DNA of 64,000 nt from an uncultured virus (IMG/VR IMGVR_UViG_3300010885_080890). Taxonomy: Duplodnaviria; Heunggongvirae; Uroviricota; Caudoviricetes. Under the pieces are notes generated by a model that was given only the letters and a program-made list of their open reading frames with translations, made no database searches and was not told the DNA's origin. A program made the translations under genes and the position numbers. How positions within the stretch are numbered: position 1 is the stretch's first letter; every line of letters starts with the position of its first letter. Shown here one piece after another: positions 19,547 through 29,270 of the stretch. The stretch lies in IMG/VR virus record IMGVR_UViG_3300010885_080890; one strand, 5' to 3'.

Positions 19547-20197
19547 ATGATAGGGGTTTTTTCAGTAAGTCCGTTAGAGGGAAACTGTTTACTAGAGAAG
19601 ACATTGCCAAAAAATAGTAATTTAACCCTTAATATTCAATATAATAATAAAGTCATAGGACTTAGTAAATTCTATAATAGTATAATAGAAGATGCAAAGA
19701 ACGACAAATATGAGGTAGTTATTTGCTGTCATCATGATGTTTCTTTAAGATTCGCGAATCTAGAAGTTGCTGCTAAAGATGCTTTAATGAATTTTGATGT
19801 TGTTGGTGTCGCAGGAGGGCGCGTACCTTCGATTATAGAGAAAAATTTATGGCATTGGATGATGCCCAGTTCTAACTACAGAGGTATAGCTGCTCACGGA
19901 GATAAAATTGATAATATGTTTGTTACATCTTTTGGCCCTACCCCTGCATCGGTTGATGTATTAGACGGGGTATTTTTAATGTTCAATACTAAAAAGGTTA
20001 GAGATTCTGGTGCCAGATTTGATGAAAGTTTTATGTGGCATCATTATGATATAGATTTTAGCTTGACTTGTAGAAAGCATAATCTTAAATTAGGTGTATG
20101 GCCTGTACTAGTATATCATCAGAGTCCAGGGTTAAGAGACCTAGAGGATAAGGAATGGGTAAAAAGTAATAACTTTTTTAAATTAAAATGGAAGTAA
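19547..20197 (+). CDS. Glycosyltransferase (GT-A/GT2-like)
   Basis: CHHDV, VVGVAG, VLDGVFL, RFDE..HHYDIDFSL, HQSPG. Confidence 0.8.
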   Translation: MIGVFSVSPLEGNCLLEKTLPKNSNLTLNIQYNNKVIGLSKFYNSIIEDAKNDKYEVVICCHHDVSLRFANLEVAAKDALMNFDVVGVAGGRVPSIIEKNLWHWMMPSSNYRGIAAHGDKIDNMFVTSFGPTPASVDVLDGVFLMFNTKKVRDSGARFDESFMWHHYDIDFSLTCRKHNLKLGVWPVLVYHQSPGLRDLEDKEWVKSNNFFKLKWK

Positions 20198-21525
20198 AAA
20201 CAAAAAAACAATTAGATTTAGATTTTTATGAAAATGTAGTGATATACAACTCGCTCATTAACCCTGATTATCTTTCATCTATTATAGATTCGCTCGATGT
20301 TAGGTATTTTAAAAATAAAGATATTAAAAATATCATTTCAATTATTATTAAATTTTTTCAAGAGAGAGGAACAACGCCCACTCATACCGAACTTAAGGCC
20401 TATCTTATTAACGATGAGCTCAAGACAAGCTTCAAGAACGTTGTTAATTTGTTTGTAGATTTAGATAAAAAATTTGAAAAAAATGAATTGGTAGATAACA
20501 CAGAATTGTTTTTAAAAGAAAAAGCAGTATACCATGCATTGTTAGACGCGGCCGATAAATTAGATTCTAAACAATTAAATACAGCTGACCTTCTTACTAA
20601 GATAGAAAAAGCTGTTGGGATTAACCTATCTCAGCATATGGGTATAGAATTATTTAATGATATAGATTTATTTATTAAAGATCTTCATAGCGAAGAACCA
20701 CATATCAAATCTGGCTGGAAATGGTTAGACGGTAAACTTGGCGGAGGTTTTCTAGAAAACGGTAGAGCTCTTTATGTATTTGCAGGTGAAACGAATGTAG
20801 GGAAAAGTATTGTTCTAGGAAATATTGCTACAAATATTGCCCTGGATGGAAAGACAGTATTACTAGTTTCTCTTGAAATGAGCGAAATGATGTACGCGAG
20901 AAGACTATCATCTTCTATAACCAGTATACCTCTTAGCCATTTAAAATCGGAATCGGACAATTTAAAGCAATTAATTACACAGATAGCTTCTGGCAAAAGC
21001 TCTAAGATTATTATTAAAGAGTTCCCGCCCTCCACACTAACACCACATCAATTAAAGGCTTTTGTTAAGAAGCTTATTCAAAAAAATATTAAACCGGATG
21101 CTATTGTGTTGGATTATTTAAATCTTTTACACAGCCCACTCGGTAATAACAGCTATGAAAGAGTTTTATATGCGGCACAACAAGTACGGGCTTTGAGTTA
21201 CGAGCTAAACTGTCCAATTATTTCAGCTACACAGCTGAACAGGTCTGGTTATAATGTTGATAACCCCGGTTTAGAAACAATATCTGAGAGTATAGGTCTT
21301 GCAACCACTTCAGATGCAATTATATCTATTTGGCAAAAAGATGAAGATAAAGAACTTGGTATTATTAATATAGGTATGACAAAGAACCGATTTGGGCCTA
21401 ATTTTGGCAGTATTGCATTAAAAATCGATTATAATACATTACAGATTACAGAAGACGATACTATTAACGAAAGCGAAGAGGCTAGAGAATTTACTAAATC
21501 GCTCGCTAATTTAAGTTCTACGTGA
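20188..21525 (+). CDS. gp41: Replicative DnaB-like helicase gp41
   Basis: GETNVGKS, SLEMSE, IKEFPP, LDYLNL, SATQLNR, ISESIGL, KNRFG. Confidence 0.93.
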   Translation: MEVKTKKQLDLDFYENVVIYNSLINPDYLSSIIDSLDVRYFKNKDIKNIISIIIKFFQERGTTPTHTELKAYLINDELKTSFKNVVNLFVDLDKKFEKNELVDNTELFLKEKAVYHALLDAADKLDSKQLNTADLLTKIEKAVGINLSQHMGIELFNDIDLFIKDLHSEEPHIKSGWKWLDGKLGGGFLENGRALYVFAGETNVGKSIVLGNIATNIALDGKTVLLVSLEMSEMMYARRLSSSITSIPLSHLKSESDNLKQLITQIASGKSSKIIIKEFPPSTLTPHQLKAFVKKLIQKNIKPDAIVLDYLNLLHSPLGNNSYERVLYAAQQVRALSYELNCPIISATQLNRSGYNVDNPGLETISESIGLATTSDAIISIWQKDEDKELGIINIGMTKNRFGPNFGSIALKIDYNTLQITEDDTINESEEAREFTKSLANLSST

Positions 21526-21567
21526 TTTTCACCCCACCCCAAATAAATTCATATAGTTTTAGATTGT

Positions 21568-21834
21568 ATGAATTTCAACAATATACATCAAGAAGAAACA
21601 GATCACTTATTTAGATCTTATTGTAGTTTTGTCTGTATTGCGTTTAATAAGAAATATAACCTTGCAAATATTTTATTATTATTTTTACAGAACAAAAATT
21701 TAAAAAGTTTATTTAAGTCACTATTAGATGTTGAAAGCGATGTTCTTGCAGTTAAAATGTTCCTTGAGTTTGATCCTTCATTATGTAAAAGCAAATATAT
21801 AATGAAGTATCTAAACACTCATAGAGCAAAATGA
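21568..21834 (+). CDS. Hypothetical protein
   Basis: 88-aa ORF coupled (ATGA) to next gene. Confidence 0.6.
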   Translation: MNFNNIHQEETDHLFRSYCSFVCIAFNKKYNLANILLLFLQNKNLKSLFKSLLDVESDVLAVKMFLEFDPSLCKSKYIMKYLNTHRAK

Positions 21835-22508
21835 TTTCAGAAAAAATAATTTATAATCTCTTTTTAAAGGTTTCCAGGTCACAGGCTGGTCTACCCTACA
21901 GACTTAGAAAGCAATGGCATGGTTTTGAGGAGACGCCCCACTATCAACATGTATTAAGACTAAAAAACTTTTTCTCTCGCAACAAAAGTGTTGATATAAA
22001 TGATTTTTTCTCTGCTCCATATACAATATATCCAGGCGAAAGTGGGTTTGATCTACCATTTTACTCATCACCCAAAGCAATAAAGATATATACTTTAGCT
22101 CAAAAAAAGAAGCTTTTATTGGAACCTGATGATAATTATCATTTACAAAGTATTACTAAAGGTTTAAAATATATTTTTCGATACTGCAAAGAAAAAAATA
22201 TAAAAATTTTTCAGTATCCAGAATATAGGGAAGGTATTCACCCTGCTTTTATTTCACATTTAAAAGAAAATCGAGTCAGTATATACAACATGTTTGCTTT
22301 TGAAAATTTTGATAAATGGTTAAGAACTGTTGACTCTGATATACTTCATTTTATTCTTGGAGATCTTTACAATAACTTAGATGTTTTTAGGACTAAGTTT
22401 CTGACAAGTAAGTATGCTAAAAAATTATACAGTAGGATTAAAGAAAATATCGGAAAAATAAAAAAAATAGTTGATTCTTTTTTCGAATACATTATTATAT
22501 ATACATGA
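21831..22508 (+). CDS. Hypothetical protein (position and size compatible with gp59 helicase loader)
   Basis: 225 aa basic/aromatic protein directly upstream of gp32; positional inference only. Confidence 0.45.
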   Translation: MISEKIIYNLFLKVSRSQAGLPYRLRKQWHGFEETPHYQHVLRLKNFFSRNKSVDINDFFSAPYTIYPGESGFDLPFYSSPKAIKIYTLAQKKKLLLEPDDNYHLQSITKGLKYIFRYCKEKNIKIFQYPEYREGIHPAFISHLKENRVSIYNMFAFENFDKWLRTVDSDILHFILGDLYNNLDVFRTKFLTSKYAKKLYSRIKENIGKIKKIVDSFFEYIIIYT

Positions 22509-23344
22509 GCGTAATTACCAAATCAATGTTTGAAAGCATTAAAAGTGCTTTAGTAAAAAATAACACCCAACCTTCCCGTAATAAGGATATTTTAAAGTGT
22601 GAGGTAGGCAATACATATACAGTCCGATTGTTACCGAACGCTACTAATCCTGAAAAAACATTTTTCCATTATTATACTTTTGGATGGACCAGCTTCTGCA
22701 CTGGCCAATATGTTTCTGCTATTAGTCCCTCTAGTTTTGGTGGCCGTGATCCTATTGCAGAATATCGCTACAAAGTATTAAAAACTGGCACCGAAGAGGA
22801 AAAAAACAAAGCAAGAGCTATTATTCGCTCCGAAAAATGGTTGGTAAATGCTTATATTATCAACGATCCAGTTAATCCCGATAATAATGGCAAAAATATG
22901 ATTGTTCGTTACGGTAAGCAGCTTCATAAGATTATTATGGATGCGATTGAAGGAGAAGGTGCAGAAGATTTTGGTCTTAAGATATTTGACCTTTCTGAAA
23001 AAGGATGTAATCTTAAGATCAAGGTTGAGCAGCAGGGGGATTATCCCACATATGTTAGCAGCAAGTTTACACCTGCTAAAGCTATTGAAGGACTCGATAA
23101 GTCTAAATTTGATAGTATCTACAAAGGAATTATTGACCTGGACACTGTTTTCCCTGTTAAGAGCTGTGATGACCTCAAGATCATGCTCGATGAGCATTAT
23201 TTCTGTAGTTCATCCGAACAGTCTGAGTCAACTGCTGCTGCACCTACCAAGAGTAATAAGAATGCCCCGACAGCTTCAGCAGAAGATTTGCTGGAAGATG
23301 ATACAGTCAAGCAGCTTTTGGCGGATATTGAAGATACAAAATAA
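22505..23344 (+). CDS. gp32: Single-stranded DNA-binding protein gp32
   Basis: VRLLP, DPIAE, NAYIINDPVNPDNNGK, YGKQL, IFDL..GCNLKIK, YVSSKF, acidic tail. Confidence 0.88.
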   Translation: MSVITKSMFESIKSALVKNNTQPSRNKDILKCEVGNTYTVRLLPNATNPEKTFFHYYTFGWTSFCTGQYVSAISPSSFGGRDPIAEYRYKVLKTGTEEEKNKARAIIRSEKWLVNAYIINDPVNPDNNGKNMIVRYGKQLHKIIMDAIEGEGAEDFGLKIFDLSEKGCNLKIKVEQQGDYPTYVSSKFTPAKAIEGLDKSKFDSIYKGIIDLDTVFPVKSCDDLKIMLDEHYFCSSSEQSESTAAAPTKSNKNAPTASAEDLLEDDTVKQLLADIEDTK

Positions 23345-23757
23345 TGTCTGATATTATTAATCTTGACCCTAATGCTGATCCGCATGCCAGGGAAGTGGTT
23401 CTTAATTTGCTCGGTGCAACATTATCTGAATTAAGAGATATCGATAGAGCTGTTGTTGGTTCTTCTCGTAATATATCTGCGTTAAAAACAGATTTAAAAA
23501 ATGTTTTTACACAGCCAGGTCCGCAGTCAACAACAGTTGCAGCCGGTTTAAATATCCAACAACCACCTCCGTTAACCCCTGTTCCTATTCAAGTTGCCGC
23601 AGTCAACACTACACAACAAGTAGAGACTATTCAAGAGGATCCAAATCAACTAGTATTTGATTTTAATAAAAAAATTACACCAGATGATGTTATTGACAAG
23701 TTAGATAGAATTTTAGACAAATTAGATTCAGTTATTAGTTTAATTAAAAAAAATTAA
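23344..23757 (+). CDS. Hypothetical protein
   Basis: 137 aa, Pro/Gln linker, DPNQLVFDF, short coiled-coil end. Confidence 0.65.
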   Translation: MSDIINLDPNADPHAREVVLNLLGATLSELRDIDRAVVGSSRNISALKTDLKNVFTQPGPQSTTVAAGLNIQQPPPLTPVPIQVAAVNTTQQVETIQEDPNQLVFDFNKKITPDDVIDKLDRILDKLDSVISLIKKN

Positions 23758-23792
23758 TATTGCAATCTATTGTTAGCTAATATAATCATATT

Positions 23793-24521
23793 GTGAATGT
23801 ATTCATACCCAATAAAAAATTGTTTTTAAGTGGGTTTTTGTCACCATTATCGAAAATAAATGATAGTTGTGTTGTATGCATAAAGGATTCAGGTCTTAAC
23901 TGTACCGTTTGTACAGCTGACTCGTCTATCATTCTTAATGCGCAATATAAGCTTAATCTTGATATTGATAATACATTATGTTTGAACATTGCTGATGTAA
24001 AGAAAGTTATAAAAGCTTTTGAATGTATCAGCGGGGATACATTTACTTTTAATGTTGATAAAAACAATATTAACTATTCCGGGCCAGAAGTTAATTTTAA
24101 ATATCATTTACTAGAAAACGGAATTATAACACAACCTAAGCTTAATATTGATAAAATAGATTGTTTAGAATTTCCTATCTCTTTTGTTGTTCAATATAAA
24201 ACTTTAATAGAATTATTGAGAGGTAGTACCTTTGCAACTGAAAGTAACAAGCTTTATCTGTATTCTAAAGATAATAAGATTTACGGTGATCTGACTGATA
24301 GAGCAAGACACAATATAGATAGTTTTTCTATACCATTAGCTGAATACACTGGCGTAGAATTAACAGATATATGCTTGAACTTTGAATTAATCAGAATAAT
24401 TAGTAGTGTGAGGGTCAAGCAGTTAGAATGTAAGATTAATCCCAAGCTTGGTGTTATTGTTTTTCAATTAAATGACGAGACAATAAAAACAAGATATATT
24501 GCCTCTTCACTGGTAAAATGA
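23793..24521 (+). CDS. gp45: Sliding clamp (gp45-like)
   Basis: 242 aa with repeating clamp-like alpha/beta pattern, LSKIN at N-terminus, RYIASSL C-terminus; within replication module. Confidence 0.65.
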   Translation: MNVFIPNKKLFLSGFLSPLSKINDSCVVCIKDSGLNCTVCTADSSIILNAQYKLNLDIDNTLCLNIADVKKVIKAFECISGDTFTFNVDKNNINYSGPEVNFKYHLLENGIITQPKLNIDKIDCLEFPISFVVQYKTLIELLRGSTFATESNKLYLYSKDNKIYGDLTDRARHNIDSFSIPLAEYTGVELTDICLNFELIRIISSVRVKQLECKINPKLGVIVFQLNDETIKTRYIASSLVK

Positions 24522-24880
24522 AAACGCCTAATAATAAAATTAGAACGCCTAGCTATTTTATGAAGAGGCTACGTGACAACGGTTTTATTGTTTTAAGAAT
24601 ATTTGATAGATATGGAAAGCACGATCCTAGGAGATGGACAGTTCTAGTTGACCCTGGGTTGGCTTCTGTTTTTATCACCTGTTTTTCAAATAAAGATTTT
24701 AACGGTGATTTAATGTTTGAACTAAATGATGGCGGTATTAGATTTAATAAAAACTATAGCATTAAAACCGATAGTATAGAAGTAATTATCACCTATTTGT
24801 TAGATCGCGGTATTAACAATAATCCTCACAACAGCCCGTATTATGTGCAAAGACCTAAATATTCTAGTGAAAAAACCTGA
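24518..24880 (+). CDS. Hypothetical protein
   Basis: 120 aa, coupled to upstream gene. Confidence 0.7.
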   Translation: MKTPNNKIRTPSYFMKRLRDNGFIVLRIFDRYGKHDPRRWTVLVDPGLASVFITCFSNKDFNGDLMFELNDGGIRFNKNYSIKTDSIEVIITYLLDRGINNNPHNSPYYVQRPKYSSEKT

Positions 24881-25196
24881 TAAAAATAAAGACGATAATA
24901 TGGACAAAAAACCTAAAATAGCTAATGTTGAAAAAAAGCAAATAGAAGATCTGCTAAAATCTAGTCTTCAGGACTTTTTGCTACGTAAATCGACTATTGG
25001 TTCGGAAAAAGCTAAAAATGTTCAAAATCTTGTTTCTCTCATTACAGAATATTTGAGTGCATTTATAGTAATTGGTTATGATGTTTCTGGTGAGCCTGTT
25101 AACCTGATACATGCAACTAATCAAATGGATGCTGATGCTCTAAGTGCTGCAATTAATAAATTTATTATCCATTCAATTCAAAATAACGACAAGTGA
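24867..25196 (+). CDS. Hypothetical protein
   Basis: In-frame GTG 24867 follows TAAATA; EYLSAFIVIGYD motif. Confidence 0.6.
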   Translation: MKKPDKNKDDNMDKKPKIANVEKKQIEDLLKSSLQDFLLRKSTIGSEKAKNVQNLVSLITEYLSAFIVIGYDVSGEPVNLIHATNQMDADALSAAINKFIIHSIQNNDK

Positions 25197-26055
25197 AAAC
25201 GGTTTTAATCTTTGGCAAAGGATTTATCGGTAGGGGATTAGAAAAGTTTTTACTCACAAAAAATGTTTCGGTAGAAGCGTATAGCCATGCAGAGTTAAAT
25301 TATTCTGATCCTGTTTTATTACAGAATTTTTAAAAGATAGATACTCTAATTATGAAGTTGTAATTAATTGCTCTGGTTACACAGGCTTGCCTAATGTTGA
25401 CGGGTGCGAAAGTAATAAATCAGATTGTTGGTTTAGAAACGTTATTGTTCCTAGGAATATTGTTTTAAGTTCTAATATGTTCGAATTACCAGTATTTCAA
25501 ATTAATAGTGGGTGCATCTATACCGGATACGAGAAACATTTTTCGGAATTAGATGAGCCTAATTTTGGATTGTTTAATAATGAAAGTAGTTTTTATAGTA
25601 AGACAAAGCATGCTTCAGAGACTATTTTTAAGAATTGTCTTGTTTACAGCATTAGAATTCGCATGCCGTTTGAAGGTTCATTGGATAAGAAAAATTATTT
25701 ATATAAACTCTACAAATATAATAGCTTGATAAGCTCTCCGAATAGTTTAACTAGCACGGAAGATCTTTATAATTTTCTATTAAAATTTATAATACTTAGG
25801 AATACAATTGTTCCCGGGCCTATAAACGTTGTTAACGAAGGGTGTATGGAGGCTAAAGATATTATTGATATATTTAAAAAACATAATGTTATTAACGAAA
25901 AATGGAATTTTATTAATTTGGAAAATCTTAATACTGTCGCAAAAAGAAGTAATTGTATTTTAAGTACAGACAAAATTAAATCAGTCAATCTTCAGCTACC
26001 TGATGTACTAGAGTCCCTTGAAAGAGATATTAAAAAATTTGCATCTTTACTTTAA
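25193..26055 (+). pseudogene. NDP-sugar 3,5-epimerase/4-reductase (RmlD/NRS-ER-like), split by a -1 frameshift near 25315-25333
   Basis: Frame 1: MKTVLIFGKGFIG Rossmann motif, stop 25331-25333; -1 frame: VINCSGYTGLPNVDGCE, SGCIY, SFYSKTK (YxxxK), RIRMP, RSNCILS. Confidence 0.75.
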
Positions 26056-26317
26056 TAAAAATTTACCTACTAACCGCGGAATTTATGCTGTTGAAAAAGG
26101 TCAATTTATTGGAGAGTTTTTTGTCTATATAAAAACTCTAGATAACGGGGAATTCTCTTTTTTGAGCTTACCAAAAATGAATAAAAGAAACGTTACCTCG
26201 GAGTCTTTTAATACAGGTCTTAAGAATAAGATTATTGTTTTTATTGAAAAATTACCAAAGCCTATATACAGATTATGCTGTCAGCAGTATAATAAGTCTG
26301 TTGATAAGCAGAAATAG
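26018..26317 (+). CDS. Hypothetical protein
   Basis: 99 aa ORF; exact start uncertain. Confidence 0.6.
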   Translation: MKEILKNLHLYFNKNLPTNRGIYAVEKGQFIGEFFVYIKTLDNGEFSFLSLPKMNKRNVTSESFNTGLKNKIIVFIEKLPKPIYRLCCQQYNKSVDKQK

Positions 26318-26331
26318 CATATAAATATAGT

Positions 26332-26508
26332 ATGGACTTTGTCAGACCAATAAAAATTACTAGCCCTATTAGCGGTCAACCAGTCGAACCTAAAATTGTA
26401 GAGCGGGTTTACGAAGGCAAGCTTTACAAAGAAGCGCATTGGATTGACCCGGCTAGCGGTACCTTTATTCGTAAAGGTATAATTAGCGTGGAAGATATAA
26501 AAAAGTAA
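26332..26508 (+). CDS. Small late protein (58 aa), absent from ORF track
   Basis: TATAAATA at 26320-26327, then MDFVRPIKITSPISGQPVEPKIVERVYEGKLYKEAHWIDPASGTFIRKGIISVEDIKK*. Confidence 0.7.
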   Translation: MDFVRPIKITSPISGQPVEPKIVERVYEGKLYKEAHWIDPASGTFIRKGIISVEDIKK

Positions 26509-26542
26509 TTGATTGTTCATAGTTTTACTTTAAACTTAAATA

Positions 26543-27571
26543 GTGGTATTATTAACTGAAGATTACATTATATCTAAGTTTTATCAGTACGCTGGGAATC
26601 CTAGGTACAATAGACTTTCTAAATCGTATAATGGTGGTTGTCCCACGTGTAGAGAGGGCACCTCGTGGGGAAAGAAGAGGCGCTTATACTACGTAACTAG
26701 AAAAAATTTAATATTTTGTCATAATTGCGGTTTAAGTATGCGCCCGGCTAAATGGATACAATCTGTTTCTGGTCTTACATATGGAGAGGTCTTAAAAGAA
26801 AATAGTGGATTTCAGACAGAAATAAATTTAAGTGAAACAAATAACGAACCTGAAAAGATTGTTAATCAAGAGGAATTACCTCTAGATCCTATTAATTTAT
26901 TGGACCCTTCTCAAGTAAGTTTCTATAGCAATGATAGTATAATTAAAGATGCTTTATCATTAGTTAGAAAAAGACGTTTAGATACAGCAGTCAACAGACC
27001 TAAGACGCTTTGGATTAGCTTAAAAGATAAAATTCATAGAGATAGATTGGTTGTACCGTTTTACGACATAGATGAAAAAATCGTTCACTATCAGTCGCGT
27101 ACTATAAGGGAAAATAAATATAAAAAATTTCCAAAATATCTATCTAAATTAAATAGCGAAAAAAGTCTTTTTGGAATTAATAGCATAAGCGAAAAAATTC
27201 CTTATCTGTTTATAACGGAAGGTCCAATCGATGCCTTTTTCATTGAAAATGGAATAGCTGTTGCAGGTATCAATGAAAGTAGTGATTTAGTATTTACAGA
27301 TAAACAAAAATCACAAATAGCTGCTTTTCCGTTGCATGAAAAAATTTGGATATTGGATAATCAGCGGAATGATAAGGCTAGTAAAAAGAAGACTAACATC
27401 TTACTTAAGAAAGGTTATAAGGTTTTTATATGGCCGGAGAAAACAAAACATTTCAAAGACTTAAATGAAATGGCTATAAATCTAAAGATAGATAAAGTTT
27501 CTACAAAATTTATACTTGAAAATACCTTCTCCGGTATTAAGGGTAGTTTATTATTGTCTAACCTAGATTAA
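26543..27571 (+). CDS. gp61: DNA primase gp61
   Basis: CPTC...CHNC zinc finger, RLVVPFYD, YQSR, PKYLS, TEGPIDA, LDN TOPRIM, KDLNEM. Confidence 0.9.
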   Translation: MVLLTEDYIISKFYQYAGNPRYNRLSKSYNGGCPTCREGTSWGKKRRLYYVTRKNLIFCHNCGLSMRPAKWIQSVSGLTYGEVLKENSGFQTEINLSETNNEPEKIVNQEELPLDPINLLDPSQVSFYSNDSIIKDALSLVRKRRLDTAVNRPKTLWISLKDKIHRDRLVVPFYDIDEKIVHYQSRTIRENKYKKFPKYLSKLNSEKSLFGINSISEKIPYLFITEGPIDAFFIENGIAVAGINESSDLVFTDKQKSQIAAFPLHEKIWILDNQRNDKASKKKTNILLKKGYKVFIWPEKTKHFKDLNEMAINLKIDKVSTKFILENTFSGIKGSLLLSNLD

Positions 27572-27993
27572 CCTTCTTCACCAGAAATAAGATAACCCTT
27601 TAACGATTCATTTAGAGAGCTCAACTCCATAGCTACTCTAGCTAATCTCTTCTTCTCACTGTTAGATATTTTTTCAAACAATGTATCGCACCCTGCTGCG
27701 GCTAATTGAGACTGTACACTATTACCATCGACTCCGTTGATAAAGGCTATAAACTTTTCAACCTCCTGTATCCAGCCTGCTAATGTTTTCTTTTGTGCCG
27801 CGTTATGTGCGCCTCTAACTTGGTCGACACCTTGAGGAGGTGTCTGTGCGTCCAAAGTCGCGGGATCTGTACCAGGATCTAGTTCTGCTTGCATTGCGCC
27901 AGAATCAGTTTTAATTTGTTGTTTTTCTTCGTCTGCTTCTAATATACTTAAAAATCGTCTTTCAAACAAATTGGGCTTTTCAAACAAGTTCAT
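27568..27993 (-). CDS. Hypothetical late protein
   Basis: 141 aa; TAAATA motifs upstream; LFERRFLSILE N-terminal motif. Confidence 0.7.
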   Translation of the reverse strand: MNLFEKPNLFERRFLSILEADEEKQQIKTDSGAMQAELDPGTDPATLDAQTPPQGVDQVRGAHNAAQKKTLAGWIQEVEKFIAFINGVDGNSVQSQLAAAGCDTLFEKISNSEKKRLARVAMELSSLNESLKGYLISGEEG

Positions 27994-28032
27994 AATATTA
28001 TTTATTATTTATGGGGAAGATTAAATATATAT

Positions 28033-28404
28033 ATGATTAAAAAAGTCAGTACACTCAATGAAGATTCGCAAATGCTTTATAATAAATGGGTTAGAGGTAT
28101 CGCTACAAGAGAATTACAACCAGAAATAATTACATTATCTGATATAGTAAATAGATTTCGTAATAATAATAAAGCTCCTAAAAAGCTACCTTATCCTTTG
28201 GATAGTGTAGTAGACTTTTTAGGCGATATATTTGTTAAGTGTGCTGACTTAAGACGTACCTTGGCGCAAGGCGTTGTGAGCCCTTTAATTAAAGACAAAG
28301 CGTCAAAAATTAAAACAGTTAGAGATTTAAATAAAAAAATAGAGAGAATACAGCAGCAAATATTTGATTGTACTGAAGATCTCAATAAATTACTTGAAAA
28401 GTAG
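28033..28404 (+). CDS. Hypothetical protein
   Basis: 123 aa after TTAAATA. Confidence 0.65.
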   Translation: MIKKVSTLNEDSQMLYNKWVRGIATRELQPEIITLSDIVNRFRNNNKAPKKLPYPLDSVVDFLGDIFVKCADLRRTLAQGVVSPLIKDKASKIKTVRDLNKKIERIQQQIFDCTEDLNKLLEK

Positions 28405-28427
28405 TATTTTGGTTTTAATATATATTA

Positions 28428-28859
28428 ATGGCTAAAAAGATATTACAAAGCTTTGGTCTTACCTTTTTAATTAGCGCTATTCTTGCTTGGCCGTTGACAT
28501 TTCTAGGCGTTAGCTTTATTAGTGGCGTTCTTTTTTTCAGCGCAGTTCAATTCGTAGGGTTTTATTTTTATAGAGAAATACAAGAGCGTAAACTGCTTTT
28601 AGAGCAGCAAAATTTTATTTTAGCTAGAGAAGCCGAACTAAGTAAGCAGGGGTCAGAGGTTATATGTCCCTGTGATAGACAGGTTAAATGCTTTGTTCCT
28701 ATAAAGCTAAACGAGAGAAATGAATACGTATGCCCAGGTTGCAACAAGGATGCTAATGTTAATGTATTATTAAAAACTGTTTTGGTCACTACCCCTATAA
28801 TTGAGTCTGCTGAAGATGTGATAGCAAATAATTTAAAGGAAAAAAATGGAAGTAATTAA
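28428..28859 (+). CDS. Membrane protein with C-terminal Cys cluster
   Basis: Two N-terminal hydrophobic helices; CPCD...C...CPGC. Confidence 0.65.
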   Translation: MAKKILQSFGLTFLISAILAWPLTFLGVSFISGVLFFSAVQFVGFYFYREIQERKLLLEQQNFILAREAELSKQGSEVICPCDRQVKCFVPIKLNERNEYVCPGCNKDANVNVLLKTVLVTTPIIESAEDVIANNLKEKNGSN

Positions 28860-29232
28860 TGTACCTGCAAGCCAAGTATTACCTGTATCAGGGTATGTGG
28901 CACCACCTTCTATAGCACAAGTTAAGAAAGAAGCAGAAGAATTCTTTTTTTCAAAAGGATTATTAGCACACAAAATCTATAAAAATGCATACACTAGCTC
29001 ACTCGCTGATTCACCGTCATCAGAACAGTTTATTCAAGACTTTTTTAACGTTTTAGAAAATTCAATCAAGACGCAGATAAAAAACAACAATCAAGATGTT
29101 TCTATATCTATAAAATTAGTTTTTGATACATTGAGAAATAGTTTTAATATTTTATCCGCTCTTGGAGTAAAAATTGATCCAATTACGTTTTTTGCCACGC
29201 TGGTAGCGTTTATTTTAAGTAAATTAAGATAG
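28846..29232 (+). CDS. Hypothetical protein
   Basis: 128 aa, hydrophobic C-terminus. Confidence 0.6.
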   Translation: MEVINVPASQVLPVSGYVAPPSIAQVKKEAEEFFFSKGLLAHKIYKNAYTSSLADSPSSEQFIQDFFNVLENSIKTQIKNNNQDVSISIKLVFDTLRNSFNILSALGVKIDPITFFATLVAFILSKLR

Positions 29233-29270
29233 TTGTTGCGTATGTTTATTTTTTCATCTATTATGATGAA

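Noticed and set aside
22415..22508. Possible frameshift in the A-run near the end of the 21831 ORF (the +1 frame would end TVGLKKISEK* before the gp32 promoter)
   Set aside because: The annotated frame ends in a normal ATGA overlap with gp32; cannot be supported without homologues
22902..23351. 149-aa alternative-frame ORF inside gp32
   Set aside because: Fully overlaps a well-supported gene, with atypical composition and no promoter; treated as a shadow ORF, like the many short antisense ORFs in the track
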